Of a DNA stretch of 64,000 bases, positions 47,924-60,709 are shown in pieces. The notes below the pieces were generated by a model that ran no database searches, was not told the origin of the DNA, and saw only the letters and a program-made list of their open reading frames with translations. Source of the DNA: Fistulifera solaris (Eukaryota). The stretch is taken from assembly GCA_030295235.1 (NCBI GenBank), contig AP026153.1, positions 248,001 to 312,000 of the forward strand. Reading direction: 5' to 3'. The first letter of the stretch is position 1, and every line of letters begins with the position of its first letter. Position numbers and translations under genes: made by a program.

Positions 47924-49797
47924 TTAATCTTTCATGTGCTGAATAAATGGACAACGCGTGGGTTGTTTCTTGGCCTTGCGTTGCTTGTGTTTCTGCATCT
48001 TCACCAACGTCACGAAGCAAAGAAAGAACTGAAGAAAGCCTCCCACGCCCAGTACACTCTCGGGGCTCGTCTTCGCTTTCACGGAGGTATCGAGGCAGAA
48101 ACGAATGATCATGTACAACAAGATAGCGCCAGTCACCTTGAGAGCAGCTGACACTTGCTTTTTCTGGCGACGGGGCTTGGCTAGAACGGGCTCGGGAACA
48201 AAGGCACTCCGCGACACGGACGCGACCGAGCTATCGAAACTTCTGGACCACGAGCTATAGCTTCCCTGCAGACTCAAATCATCCAGGTTGTCCGTGTAGC
48301 TACCATTGAAGTTGTAGAGATCATCCGGAGAATTGCAACTAAACTCCGTCGCCACGCCATAGTCGAATTGACTGGGAAACTCGTTGGGGCTTGCGGATGG
48401 ACCGGAATTCGATTCATTGGCAAACTGCTGTGCTCTTTTCAAGACGTGTTCAACATCAGAGGCGGTAGGTGTCTCCGGTTCCTCTTTGACCACTGCCATT
48501 GGCATACCCTTCTCTCGCACAGCCGTTGACACTCTTAGCGAAGACGAGGACTTGTCCAAAAGTGTGCGGATGCGAGGATTGGCAAGAATTTGCTTACTGA
48601 TACCAATCATGTATCGAGCTTCACATGATTCTGGGATTGCGATCAGTATTTCGCCGTGTGTGATTCCCATGCTTGCACTGTTTCCACTCGCCATGACAGA
48701 CAAGTTGGTGTACTCCTTCGATCGTCGACGGGGCCGGACGAGACCAATGTATTGCTGCGAACCTAGGGCTTTTTCGGTAGCGTTTGCGGGAATCAAATGA
48801 AGGATATCTCCGATCGTGGTGACCGATGGTGGGAAGAAGATTTGTATGAGCTCGAAAATCTTTGCTTTCGGCTGTAAGAGCAACAAGAAAACCTTGATGA
48901 GCGGTTCGTCCGTGATCGAATCCTTGACCGTGTCCCTAGCATGGACGGCACTGAACTTCTTTTTCCAGACAAACTGATTCGAGGCTCCTTGATTCGAATA
49001 GAGGAAGCTTTCGAGGAGCGACGATTTTTCCCATCCGCGGTCGCAGTGTTTCTAGCAGGCTTATCCCGCGGCGAGCTTTTGAGAGAGAACGATCGGATAG
49101 ATCCAATGGGCGATGGCGCAGTCTCGCGTCGAGAGTCATCCTTAGCGGGAGGAGTTTGATAAGACGTCTGCTGAGTGACATCTTTCGTGGGCGTGACCGC
49201 CATTCCGATGGGCTCTCGAGACTTGGTAGGCAATGAGGATGTAATCTCGCGATTGCGCATATGAAGCTCGACACCACCTTTCCTGTCGTGAGATATCTCC
49301 GAAGTAATTGGTACGAATGATGTCAGAGAGCCGTGGGCAGAGAGTTCTTCATTGTCCGCATTGTTTTTGTTATAGGTGGCTACCGTCCTGAAAAGATGGT
49401 CGTCAATCAGATCCTTCTCTACTAGATCATTATTTTCTGCTGTCGGAAGACCGTAGAGATGTTCGTCATCGCTATCGACAGTAGAGGACGTTGGTGATGG
49501 CTTGGGAGAAGCAGACAGCCCGGGGGAAATAAGGTTGTTGCTATTGATGAATGGTGATGGCTCGATACCCAAAGGAGTGGCGCTGATTGCGGTATACTGG
49601 TGTTTGTTTCTCCCACCCGTTCTTCGTAGCGTAGGAGATATTCGTTGAAAGAAGTTTTGGGGGCTGTGGGGGCTCACTAAAGGGACGTAATCCGCTGAAT
49701 GACCTGGCTTGCGAATGCCCAGATTGCCCTCATTCTCGAGAAGATCTACGGTCGAGGGAACGTTCGATGCAGCCGTGTCTCTCTTGCGACGAATCAT
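47924..49797 (-). CDS. Hypothetical protein: disordered S-rich N-terminus, globular core (possibly ubiquitin-like), two C-terminal TMs (frameshift ~48962)
   Basis: ORFs 48793..49797 and 47924..48886 join at an A-run; core KVFLLLLQPKAKIFELIQI..TTIGDILHLIP..EILIAIP. Confidence 0.7.
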
Positions 49798-50430
49798 CTT
49801 TAGCTGTCAGCTCGTATGCGAAATAAGGCTGAAGGAGCGCTTTATGTATTTTATGATCACTTTCACGGTGTGAGAATGGATGCTCCTTTTTGAGTGAAGC
49901 GTTCGAAAGGTGTTGGGGTGGCGTTTTGATTGATTTGAATGGACTTTTCAAAATTGGCTGTTTGCTTCGTGGAAGACCTCGTCTACTTCTTACATAGGGG
50001 CCGGCCTGCTCGAAAGTCCATAAATACAGGGTTTGAAAATAAGCAGCTATGTAGATCATCATAACAAAGGAAGAACGGTTTATGGTTTACAATCAAAGCG
50101 TGAGAACCAAACCCTTAATCGCACAACGTCACACTATCGACCAACCTGTATATCTTCGAAGCTGCAACCGGTACATCGTACTGTCTGGTGCAGTGTGGAA
50201 CACGTCACTTGTCACACGCACGTATGTGACTCATGACTCAGTATTCCCGAACACTAGTGACTTTACTTCATACAGTACTCCGTACCTGGTACCTGGTGGA
50301 TGGTAGACTAAGAATTTGTAGAAATCGAAGCAAGGCACTAGGTCTATAGATAGATTGAATTGTCAAAATAATTTAATACTTTTTTGTTATACCATTTGAC
50401 GCTTGAAAGCGTGGCCCTAGAAATTTAGGT

Positions 50431-53402
50431 TTACCAGTCGTCCCCAAAATCGTCGCCTTCCGTTTCGTCTTTCCCAGGTTCTACAGCTGGTTCCTCTGTT
50501 TCTTGGGCTGCTAAAGAGCTTCTTCAGCAGCAGCTGCCTCTTGGGCTGCTAGCATGGCCGCTTCGGCGGCTGCCGCCTCTTCTGCCGCTAGGATTGCCGC
50601 TTCGGCTGCTGCAGCTTCCTCGGCTGCCAATCGAGCCGCCTCGGCGGCTGCTGCTGCGGCAGCGTCCTCGCCAGAATCGTCATCTTCGTCAACGGGTTCG
50701 TCTGCCACTTTCATTTCTTCACCTAGAGTATCTGGACCTCCACCGCCTTGTGAATTCTTTATCAACTCGATGAGATTCAAATTCAAGTCATCTTTGGCGG
50801 TGGCATAGTCCATTGCGGAGATTCCTGTAGCCTTACTCTGTTCTCTTTGTGACAAGAACATTTTTTCGACTTGAAGAGCAATTTGTAGGTCAGGGAAAAG
50901 TTCCGGGTTTTGCACGGGCGATGCCAAAGCATTTGCTGCTGATTCCGAAACTGTGGCAAGATCTTGTTTCCAGAGTTCTACGACTTCTGCCACGCGAGAT
51001 GGCAAGTAGGTGCGAACAAAGAAGGCTGCTTCTGGCAAACGTTTCGTCTTGATTAATAGGTCGGCACATGCTTCGACCTGACCAGTTAACAAGTAAGCAA
51101 CGAATGCAACGTTCGTTTTTTCGCCTTCGGCTGCCAATTTGGCTAGCTTCTCCATTCCTTGAAGATTACCAGTGGCACTGTAGAACAGAAGGAGACCAGA
51201 ATAATCAGCACTTGCCAAACCAGCAGCTTCGCAAAGCTCCAGATTGGTGTCTCTCAAAGCCGCATCGCTCAAACGTTTCCACTTTGTTTGTGTGTCAGTC
51301 GTATCCTTTTCTTCGGCAGGTATTTCTTGGAGAATAGAATGCGCCAAATCAACCTGACCAAGTTCCAAACTCAAGTCGAACTTGTGATCAGGATCTTGAG
51401 TTACTTGCAATGCTTCTTCCTTGAATCCTTGTGACTCGAGGAAGCGCGCCACCTTCGTGTACTCTTCTACGGGAATGTCGTTGAGCAACTCATTCGCGGT
51501 GTCAAAGTCGCCTCGCATGACAGCCGTCTGATATTGAAGCACCGCCAACGTAACTTGATACGATACAATATTGAGGCTCTTGTCCACCAAGAAGATTTTA
51601 TCTTCCTTCGCAAGGTATCCTAGAATCGTATGCTGAGTCGTTCCCCCAGCAGAAGTGGCCAGATGCACAAGCGTTTCGATTTGTCCACCAACACTGTAGT
51701 TGAGTCGTCCGACATTGTTGACATAGATGAAGCAGTCGCCGACCCATTTTCCAGAAGTAATCGTGTCGTTGATTTCATACAACAAATCAAAACTTCCGTC
51801 AATACCGTCTTCGGCGGAAACACGTCCACTCGCCAGCGCTTCGGCGGTCACTTGTGTGTTGTGAGACAACACAAAGGCTGCGCCCTCGCACGCCAGTAAA
51901 ACCATGTTACCGCTGTCACTCCAATAAACGTCCTTGACATTCGCATCAATCTTACGAACAAAGACACCGGTCTCCCAATCGTAAAACAGAACAGCTTCAT
52001 CGCCGCCTTTGACTCCGATCATCTGCCCACCAAACAAACCATCGGCAGCCGTTGTGGCAGGAATAATGGTATGCGATTCCTTAAAGTTGGAAAAGACCTT
52101 GACGCGGTTCACTGTTTCTCGGATGGCGTAATCACCTGTTCCACTACCGGACCACACAAAGTCAAGTGCTTGTCCAAAAGCTTTGTTACGGAGCGCTTGT
52201 GCCGTGTAGATAATGAATTCTCCATCACCGCAGACACTAATAAAACGGCCGTTGCAGTTGTGCTTGAGTTTTTGGGGAAACAATTCACATGCCCCCATAT
52301 CACGCGGCGTGACATTGAGACGGACACCGTCTTCTCCGGCCAAACCACGGACACTCGTGGTTTTGATTTCGTTGTTGGTGGCCCACACAACTTTACCGGT
52401 ACTATCCATACTGGCCACCGGATCGTCACTGCCGAGTTCAATGCAAACGCAACCTTCGTCAAAGCCAATGGCGAGTTTGTTGCTTCCGGGAGATGCGGCC
52501 AACGTCCAAGCGCGTTCCATTCCATAATTCAACGTCGCCTCGGCACGGTACGTCGTACTTTGCCAAATTCGGACGGTCCCATCTTCCGAGGCACTGGCAA
52601 TAATGGGTAATTTGGGATGAAATAGCACGGCACACACATTGTGCGAGTGTCCTTCGAGCGTGTGCACGATCGACTTGGTCTGATAATCCCAAATCTTGAC
52701 CGTTCGATCATCGGCACCACTCAGAATATAGGGTTTATCACCCGAGGGATAGTAATCGACACAATTGACGCCCTTCTCGTGTCCTTCTAACGTGTAATGC
52801 GGCGTATGACTCCCGAGTCCCCATACTTTGATGGTGCGATCCAAACTCGCGGAAGCGAACGTGTTCGTATCTTTCGGATTGATCTTGATTTGCATCACAT
52901 AATGCGAATGGCCTTCAAACAGTTGCGTGCAATCAAAACCCCGATCCCAGTCCCAGAGTTTGATCGTCATATCATCGGAACTACTGAGCAAATAGGGCAA
53001 GCTGGGATGCACTTCGAGATATCGGATGTAATCGGCGTGACCTTCAAATTCCTTGACCTTCTCCATAGTATTATAGTTGAACACGCGGAGACGCATATCG
53101 TCGGAGGCGGCCACGAACCACTGTTTGCGGGCAATGAACCGAGCACAACGGACGGGCAATTCGGACATTTCAAAGGATTTGACCAAACTTCCCGCTTCGA
53201 CGTCCCAAATCATGACATTTCCTGAATACAACGCCGCCAGGACCCATGGTTCGGAGGGATGCAAGTCAACGGACTTGACTCGCTCCGATGCGGCGGAGAG
53301 TTTTTGCGAATGTCCAGTCGGAGTGGCTGTGTATTTGTGTGTTTTATTGTGAGTGTGTCAACAAAAGCTTTTACTCTACTTATGTTCGTTCCTACGTACC
53401 AT
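50431..53402 (-). CDS. COPB2: Coatomer subunit beta' (intron 53399..53327 right after ATG; frameshifts ~53303, ~50515)
   Basis: M|PLRLDIRKKL..SERVKSVDLHPSEPW, WD40 repeats, FNYNT, LNYGMERAW, YTAQALRNKAFG; repaired end DDFGDDW*. Confidence 0.97.
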
Positions 53403-54214
53403 TTTTGGATCTCAACAATTTAAACAGACAATTCGTTGAAGAAAAGGCAGCGAAAAAGTCCTTTGCAATCGCCGCTCTTTTTTGTGCGCAACAAACGCAT
53501 CGCCATGGTCGACGGTCGGAGCGCGCCGCGTTGAAAATGACTTCGCGTGGGTTGGATCTTGTACTATTTAATGTATACACTTTTCTCGTTTTTCTATACG
53601 TCAATACTATCCGAACGGTACTCTAGCCGAGGGCGAGATGCGAGATCTCGCACGAAACGTGGTTCGAAAACAAAGCATTACTATTTCTTCATGAGGCTAG
53701 CTTTCTGTTTTCTGCTTCTTTATTTAGTAATTTTACTTAATTGGAGCTGATGTTGCTGCTCTTGATGCTGTTGTTACACTCTGTGACGCCTTCACCTTCT
53801 CGCAGTTTCTACTATACGATAGAGTGTAGCGAACACTTAATGTGACTCAATGAAACGGCAGTCCCGAACGCGTCGCGAATAGAAATTCCAGAAAGTTACT
53901 GCTATTAACGAGATATTATGAGTCCCTCTCTCTCTATCATCATAAATGTTTATTAAATGACCCAGTTTGCTAATGATTCTGTGTGAACTTGGTTTTAGGC
54001 TCGCAAAGAAGTTATAACCAAGATCTTAGACAGTCTGACCGATCAATAACCCTAACCTAACTAGTACCGCAAATTTCCGCGATCCGCGACAAGAAAAAGA
54101 CGAGAACACATGCGAAACGCCGTTTTGTCATTTCGTTCATTCGCGATACTTTTCATTTTGTTTCCATTGCATCGCTTCGTATTTCTTCTCTCTTTATCTC
54201 CATTACTCGAAACT

Positions 54215-55731
54215 ATGGAACACGACAACAACGGTCCCTTACTGGGACTCATTCATCCTTCTCTTCTCAAGCCCGGGCAAGTGGCTCGCTGGACAGAGAC
54301 GGGCGTAGCTCCTACGTGCAAGTTACTCCGTAAGCCTGTCAGTTTAGAAGAGTTAAAAGGTCACCAACATCGCTTCGCTATCTTGCATGACAACGATGTC
54401 ATGATCTACGTTACGACGCGTAAAGCGGATATCAGTAACCGCGCTGTCAAAAATAACAGTTGTGTATGTTTCAAATTCGGTGGAGATGTGGTGTTTATTG
54501 TCGGTCCGAATGACAATGCAATTGCTCAAACATTGTCATGTTTGATGGACTTGGAAAAGAGTCGACGAAAAGCTACTCTTTTGAAGTTAGTGGTTCTTGG
54601 GGTAACATTTTCGATTTCAGCGCCGCCGGTTCTCAGTGTTTAGAGCGACTATGTGAGTTTGCCTTCTCGAACAAAGTAGAATTCCACCGCATGCTGCTGA
54701 GCGCGGAGCAGTCCGCGGTGTTAGCGACGCGTCGTCATCCAATGAATTTATCTCTAAGGAACTGCAGGTTCGCGGATGGCGGTACGGCGTTTGTGGACGA
54801 ACTCAAGGTCCGGCGAGAGTCGTTTGGTTCCTTACAACTTTGTAACAGTTCACCATTTGATGCACGAAATATGCAACAATTTCTCCAGGTGGACTGTTTA
54901 GATCACTTCGGGGCTAAAGTCATTAAAGGAACTTTTGCTCCTCTTTCCACGAAAGCCGATTCAGTGCATCTCAATGAGGAGACCCAAAACAATATTGATG
55001 CTGATGATATCGGGAATCTAAATATATGCGCTCGCAAACTATCTCTTTGCTTAACGGTCAAGAGAACTTTTCAGCGTATTCAAGTTCTTGGTCTCCTGCG
55101 ACGATTGGCTCAGCTGGGGCATTTGATCGAGCTGAAAATAGCATTCTGGTCACTCAATGATTCCCATAGTGTTCCCAATGCCAATGCCATTACTCAAGAG
55201 CTTATCCGCACAGTAAAGGCTAATACGTCGCTACAGGTTCTTGATCTGACAACTCATGGCATCTATTTGAATTGGAAAACTCGGCATTTGAAAGAACTTT
55301 TTGATGGTGTCAAAGATCATGAAGCACTTCGTACACTGAAAATCAGTTGCCCTGATGGAGGCGACTGCGAAGATGTATGTGGTCCGTCTTTTATCCATCT
55401 TCGCAGGCTTCTGTCTCACAAGCGGAATTTAGCGGTTGTGGGCGACTTTGGTGGTGTTTATACTGATGGAGATCTTGTGGATGAGATTTACTCCTTCAAC
55501 CGTTTCTTTATGGGATCGGCGAGTATTGTGGATGAAGCACTCTCGCGGCGGTCGTCACTGGTCACCACTGCATTGGTGGAAAGTGCTTCTTACGATTTTC
55601 GGCTCAATGCGCTGTTGTTGGCAAATCATGCCGACATTTTGTGTGAACTCATTCAATTTGTTGATTCCGATGTCATGGAGGTGCAGGAGCGCCCACCGCG
55701 CGGTCCGGTTCGCAAACGAAGACGAAACTGA
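54215..55731 (+). CDS. RNI/LRR-like hypothetical protein, paralog of gene at 1..1185 (frameshift ~54556)
   Basis: SAEQSAVLATR, FADGGTAFVDEL, RLAQLGH, ANTSLQVLDL, C-terminal NLS RKRRR. Confidence 0.8.
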
Positions 55732-56163
55732 GTAAATGATGTTGAATTGATTGCTCTTGTTACTGGTGCTCGTATTTGTAGGAAGAGGGCCGCAACGCGA
55801 TTGATGGCTCTATTTTTGATAAACATCTATAAACAATAAATTCATACCTTCTCTTTTGATACTTGTCTTCTAATCATAAAGCTCTATCCTCTTCACTTGG
55901 GTAAGACTATGTATTTGTGTTTCTTTCTTACTTGTTTGAAGCTTAAAACATTTCATAGAAAACGCATTCCTTAATTCTGGATCCGTGAATGGCACCTTAC
56001 CGGTACCCAGTTCTGTAAATCTATCATGGCGCTCGGACACACGCTGATGTTGCTTTCGTTATTGCGCGGACGAACCGCATCTTATTCCTGTTGACATTAT
56101 AATCCTTTTGTTGCATATTCACCTTCATTCTCTCGAAACATGGCATCCAAAATGGATTTTGAA

Positions 56164-57062
56164 ATGACAGAAAAGACCATTGTGGTACATCCCGTGAGTC
56201 CTGGTCTTTTGTGCCGCGAAAATGATTGCTAGAGCATCCTGAAGTTTTGTCACTCACTTACATTTTCCGCTCTCTCTTTCAGCTCGCCATTGTCAACATG
56301 ACTGATCAATACACACGTGTCCGTTGCGGTAGTAGTGCTTTACCGGCCGACGCCCCCGTCATGGGTCTTTTGTTGGGTGCCGATGGCATTATTTACGATT
56401 CTCACGAATTGTCGCAAACCGACACGGTAGCCCCGCAAGTCGCGTTGCATCAAGCCGTCTTTCCGCAACACCAAGTCGTCGGATGGTATCGTGTCGCGTC
56501 CGAAGCGGGACCGGAAGACTATCAACTGACGCAACAATTGCAATCTTTGTATGCTCCCCAACAATCGTTCGTCTTGGCGTTACTGACCGTGGAAGATGAG
56601 GAATCGAAAGAATTGCCCTTATCGTTTTTTCAACTCGGTGATCAGGCGTTGTTGGCGCTAGAAAAATGGGAATTGTCAACCAACCCCGCAGAACGGATTG
56701 CTTTGGAGCATTCGGTGCGTTCCAGTGGAGAACAGCGGTCGTCTCTTCAAGATTTACAGCACGCGTACGCCATGATACAAGAACGATTGATGATTTTGGA
56801 ACAGTATTTGCTACAGGACGGTCCGCTGGATCCCGAGATTCTGCGTCAAATACAGTCCTTATTCTTGTCGGCGCCCGTAGCGGCGGGTGGCACTGCCAAA
56901 AGTAACTCGACGACGATGATGGCGCAATTGGCGACATGGACGCGCATGACGGATGCACTTTTGAGTTACACTGGAAAAATCAAAGCATTGCAAGATGCAG
57001 CAACCAGTAATCCACCGAGAGGAGGGGATTCTCATCGATTTGGTCTCATGAGTCAATTTTAG
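56164..57062 (+). CDS. CSN6: COP9 signalosome subunit 6 (MPN domain; intron 56194..56282)
   Basis: Spliced IVVHP|LAIVNMTDQYTR, VMGLLLG, AVFPQHQVVGWY, AERIALEH, EILRQI. Confidence 0.82.
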
Positions 57063-57308
57063 GAATAGTCATTCGAGTTCTTACCATTCTATCAATTGTT
57101 TGATACTTATTCTATAGATCTATTGTTTCCTTGTTCGATAAACATGCCGAAAAAACATTCATGACAAAAAGTGTGTGTATTGTGTGTTGAAATGAAGAAG
57201 CGCAAGCCGTACACCAGCTCATGTTCTTGCAAAGCGCCCCTTGAAAAATGATGAACGTTCTGCTTTGTTACCCATTACATGTCATTCGCCCGAGAAGTTC
57301 TTTTTTTC

Positions 57309-59111
57309 TCACATGCCATCCGGTGAAGAAGTTCGAATCGCCTGCATTTCATCCATAGGTCCTACGGGTGCGATGGGCTCTAACAAAAGATCATCGGCAA
57401 TATCCATCATGAACGATGTACTGCCGTGATCATCATCGTCATAACGAAACGGTGACGTGTGGTCTTCTTCATGACTGATTTGGGCCGGATTATCCTTCTC
57501 ATCTTTCGTGTACGAAAAGTAAAATTGTCCCGGCTGTTTGAAATCATCCCGCATTGGTGAACTTTCGAAAGCGGCTTCATCTCGCTCCCGCAATACCACT
57601 TCGAAACCAAACGAATCCTCCATGACTTCGGTTCGATTGAAATGATCTGCCACATCATCGGGAGAAGACGACCGCGCCGTGAGTACGGTTTCTTCACGTT
57701 TCGGAATGCGATCGGAATGGGGTGACATGGGTGGAGTAAAGTCTCCGGGCGAAGCCGGGTGACTACCACTTAAGGGCGACACGCTCCCTTCCAGACGTTG
57801 CCGTGCGAACAATTGAGGATGACTTATATTGCGTGGATAATAGGGCGGCGGCGGGTGATGCTGGTAAGGATACGGAGGATGTATCGGCCGACGGTCGTAT
57901 TCGGGCAAGGCGGCCGGGGAGGATCGAACGGTACCGGCCGATCGCACGCTTCCGGCGGGTGATGACGGGGGATGACGCCAGTATTGGCTGTCGTACGAAG
58001 GTGGTGAAAAGGGTGCTCGATGATTCGGATGAGGCGGTGGAGGATACGCACGGGGATACGGCGGAGCACCAGGATACCAGGGTGGACGATGCGAGTCGTA
58101 ATTCTCGTAACCCGCATCGTAGGGACGATAGTGATTGCCGCACATGGGATAATCTGAAACACAATCCAAAAATCCTCGAGGACCGCTAAATTCTACTTGA
58201 AGAGGAGGGAACTGATGCGGATAAGGGCCACCACGGTACATGTTGTGAGCATAACGTCCTTCTCTTGGTGATGATGGATTCGAATGAGATTGTCGCGGAG
58301 GAGGATGGAGTTCCGAGGAAGAGTCGGATGTATCCATTCGCTTTATTGCCCGTTTCAATACAGATTTTTCTTTCATAGTCGTCGAAGACGAAGCAACATC
58401 CGGACTCGACATGGTTCTACGAATACCTTTCTTCACGTTGGGTTTGGCCTACGAAGTAAATAAGTGTCAGTCGCGACCGAAAAGATAAAACCTCGACCAG
58501 TACACTCGAGACATAATTCGCAACGCACCTTGACCACTGTCTCTTTTTCTTTGGAAGCCACCGGACTCGCCTTTCGCGTCGCCGCCTCCATATCAAAGAC
58601 GGCACTGAGAAACTCGGGATCCCCCAAATCGGCCGACAACTGTTTTCGGAGGGTGGCCGCTCCATCCCGCAACGCTTGGCTCGTTTTTTCTATCGCTTTC
58701 CGATTCCCGATATCATTCCATAATCCCGTATCCATATTCTTTTCCAGAAAGCGGCCCGGTGGATTCATGGAGCGAACGGCATCGACAATCGAACGCGAAA
58801 TGGCCATTTTTGTCGTTTCGTGCTGGTGACGTAGAGTTCCTGGAGAAAGAAGAGAGAAGACAACAGTGTTTAGTCAAGGTCTTTTTTACAAGATTTCCGT
58901 TTCGACTGATGCAGACTATTGCTAGAAGCTTCCATGAAAAGAGACGGTCACAACTAGAGCTTACCTTATTCAAACCTACGAGACTCCGAAATTGTTCATT
59001 GCCGGCCCATTTATTCGTCGTGACGCCTCTCCCGCACAACACATCGTGTGCCGTCAATTCTTCAATATCCGTCAAGGGATGATGGTCGGAAGAGGATACC
59101 GACGACTCCAT
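57309..59111 (-). CDS. DUF6824-type domain protein with P/Y/H-rich low-complexity region (introns 58964..58840, 58528..58449; frameshift ~58808)
   Basis: HDVLCGRG..GNEQFRSLV..K..ISRSIV..PPGRFL..W..AIEKTSQALRD. Confidence 0.85.
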
Positions 59112-59613
59112 GGTTCTCAAAAATGAACTTTTACTTGCTGATGATCGAGGATATCGTCGTCATGGTTCTCGTTGGCGGACGAGGGGCAACCATGGAGGTG
59201 CGCTTCGCGTGCGCCGGCCGTGCTCGACAATTTTGCCCGATAGTGCGCGTGGCCGAACAACGTCACATAGTGGAATTCAAAGGCTATTTACAGGCCTACT
59301 ATAGCATTGCATTGTACTAGGGAAGCCGGTCACTTCCGCGAACTTACAGCAAAGAGTACAATGATGAATTTTTCGCCGTCTAAGTAAAAAGGAAAGCCAC
59401 CGAGCGGCCGGCGGCGGAATGACGAGACGGCATATTATTTTGATGTTTTTGTTGATCATTTGCCACCATGGTGCCACCAAGAATATAGTAACTCGCTTGA
59501 AAGTGCGTCTTTTCCTCGTCTTCGCCTTTACATAGCTACACTTCTCTTTATCGACTTTGAACCGCTGCCTCCTTCGTTATTCTTTCCATTTTTTGCACAC
59601 AGCATGTATCACC

Positions 59614-60460
59614 ATGGACATTATTCTTCAGCGAGTTCAAATTGAACTCAAATCATTTTATCACAACAATCCGCAGATTCCGGAATCGCACGGTTTTGGT
59701 CATGCCATGGCGGTGTTTCAACATGCCGCACGCGCGGTGGAGGCGTGTTCGCCTCCGCTTTCTAGTGAAACTGCCATTCAAGTTCAAATCTCCGCAATGC
59801 TGCATGATGTTGACGACGAAAAGTATTTTCCCAACAACCAATTCCTCCATACAAAGACTATTCTGCAAAGGCGCAAGTTCCTTCGGAATACTGGGAGTGC
59901 ATCCTATTTATGAGCCGACTTGTGAGTTGTTCGAAAAACGGAAATCGGATTCCGGAATCGATCATCCAGTCAGGAAACTATCATCTGTTGATTCCTCGTT
60001 GGGCAGATCGCCTCGAGGCCGTTGGACTACAAGGCGTCTGGCGGTGTTTTCAGTATACGCAAGAGCAACAACGTCCCTTGTGGAGTAAGCATACACCGCG
60101 ACCCCAGACAGCCGACGAAGTTTGGGCGTTGGCCACACCCGGACGATTTCAAGCCTATCAAGATCGGGGTGGGACCAGTGAGGATATGATATCGCATTAT
60201 TACGACAAATTGCTGGTACGAATCTTCATGCAAATGCCAAAATTGACGCAAAATCTGTACTCACACTCCATGTTGGATAGCATATTGCGCGACCTCCCGC
60301 GGACCTGATCCGCAACAGCTACTTGGAGAATCAGTTCCGTGATGTGACTCAGATCCTCATCGACATTTGTCTCTTGTTTGGAAAAGAAGGCAAAATCGAT
60401 GAAAGCTTCTTTCTCGAGCGAATGCCGCGTTCCCGTGAATGGCGAGTCCTGGAAAGATGA
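59614..60460 (+). CDS. HD-domain metal-dependent phosphohydrolase (YpgQ-like) (frameshift ~59868; intron 60216..60280)
   Basis: SHGFGHA, AMLHDVDDEKY, RWADRLEAVG..GVWRC, HYYDKLL|HI. Confidence 0.85.
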
Positions 60461-60709
60461 CACGAAGGAGTGCGAGAAGAACAGCATTAGCGTAACCTCA
60501 CTCATTCGATTACGTTGTTTGGAAACGAATGTGGAATATCAATTTTTTTTAGATCTGTGTTGGCCATCTAAGTATAATTACTTTAATCTACTGGGGTCAA
60601 AGAGATGCAACATGCAAACAATCAAGAATAATAAAGGAATGACTTAATGACTAATTAGTTTCAACTAAGGTTATTAAATCATTCTGTTTTGCAGTGAAGT
60701 ACGTTATCT

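Noticed and set aside
35748..54062. Telomere-like snippets (AAACCCC x2 ~35750, AAACCCTA ~37095, TAGGGTTAGG ~40948, TAACCCTAACCTAAC ~54047)
   Set aside because: Only 1-2 units each, too short to call interstitial telomere or telo-box function.
59131..59193. 20-codon upstream ORF before the DUF6824 gene
   Set aside because: It cannot be distinguished from a frameshifted true N-terminus or chance, given the indel rate.
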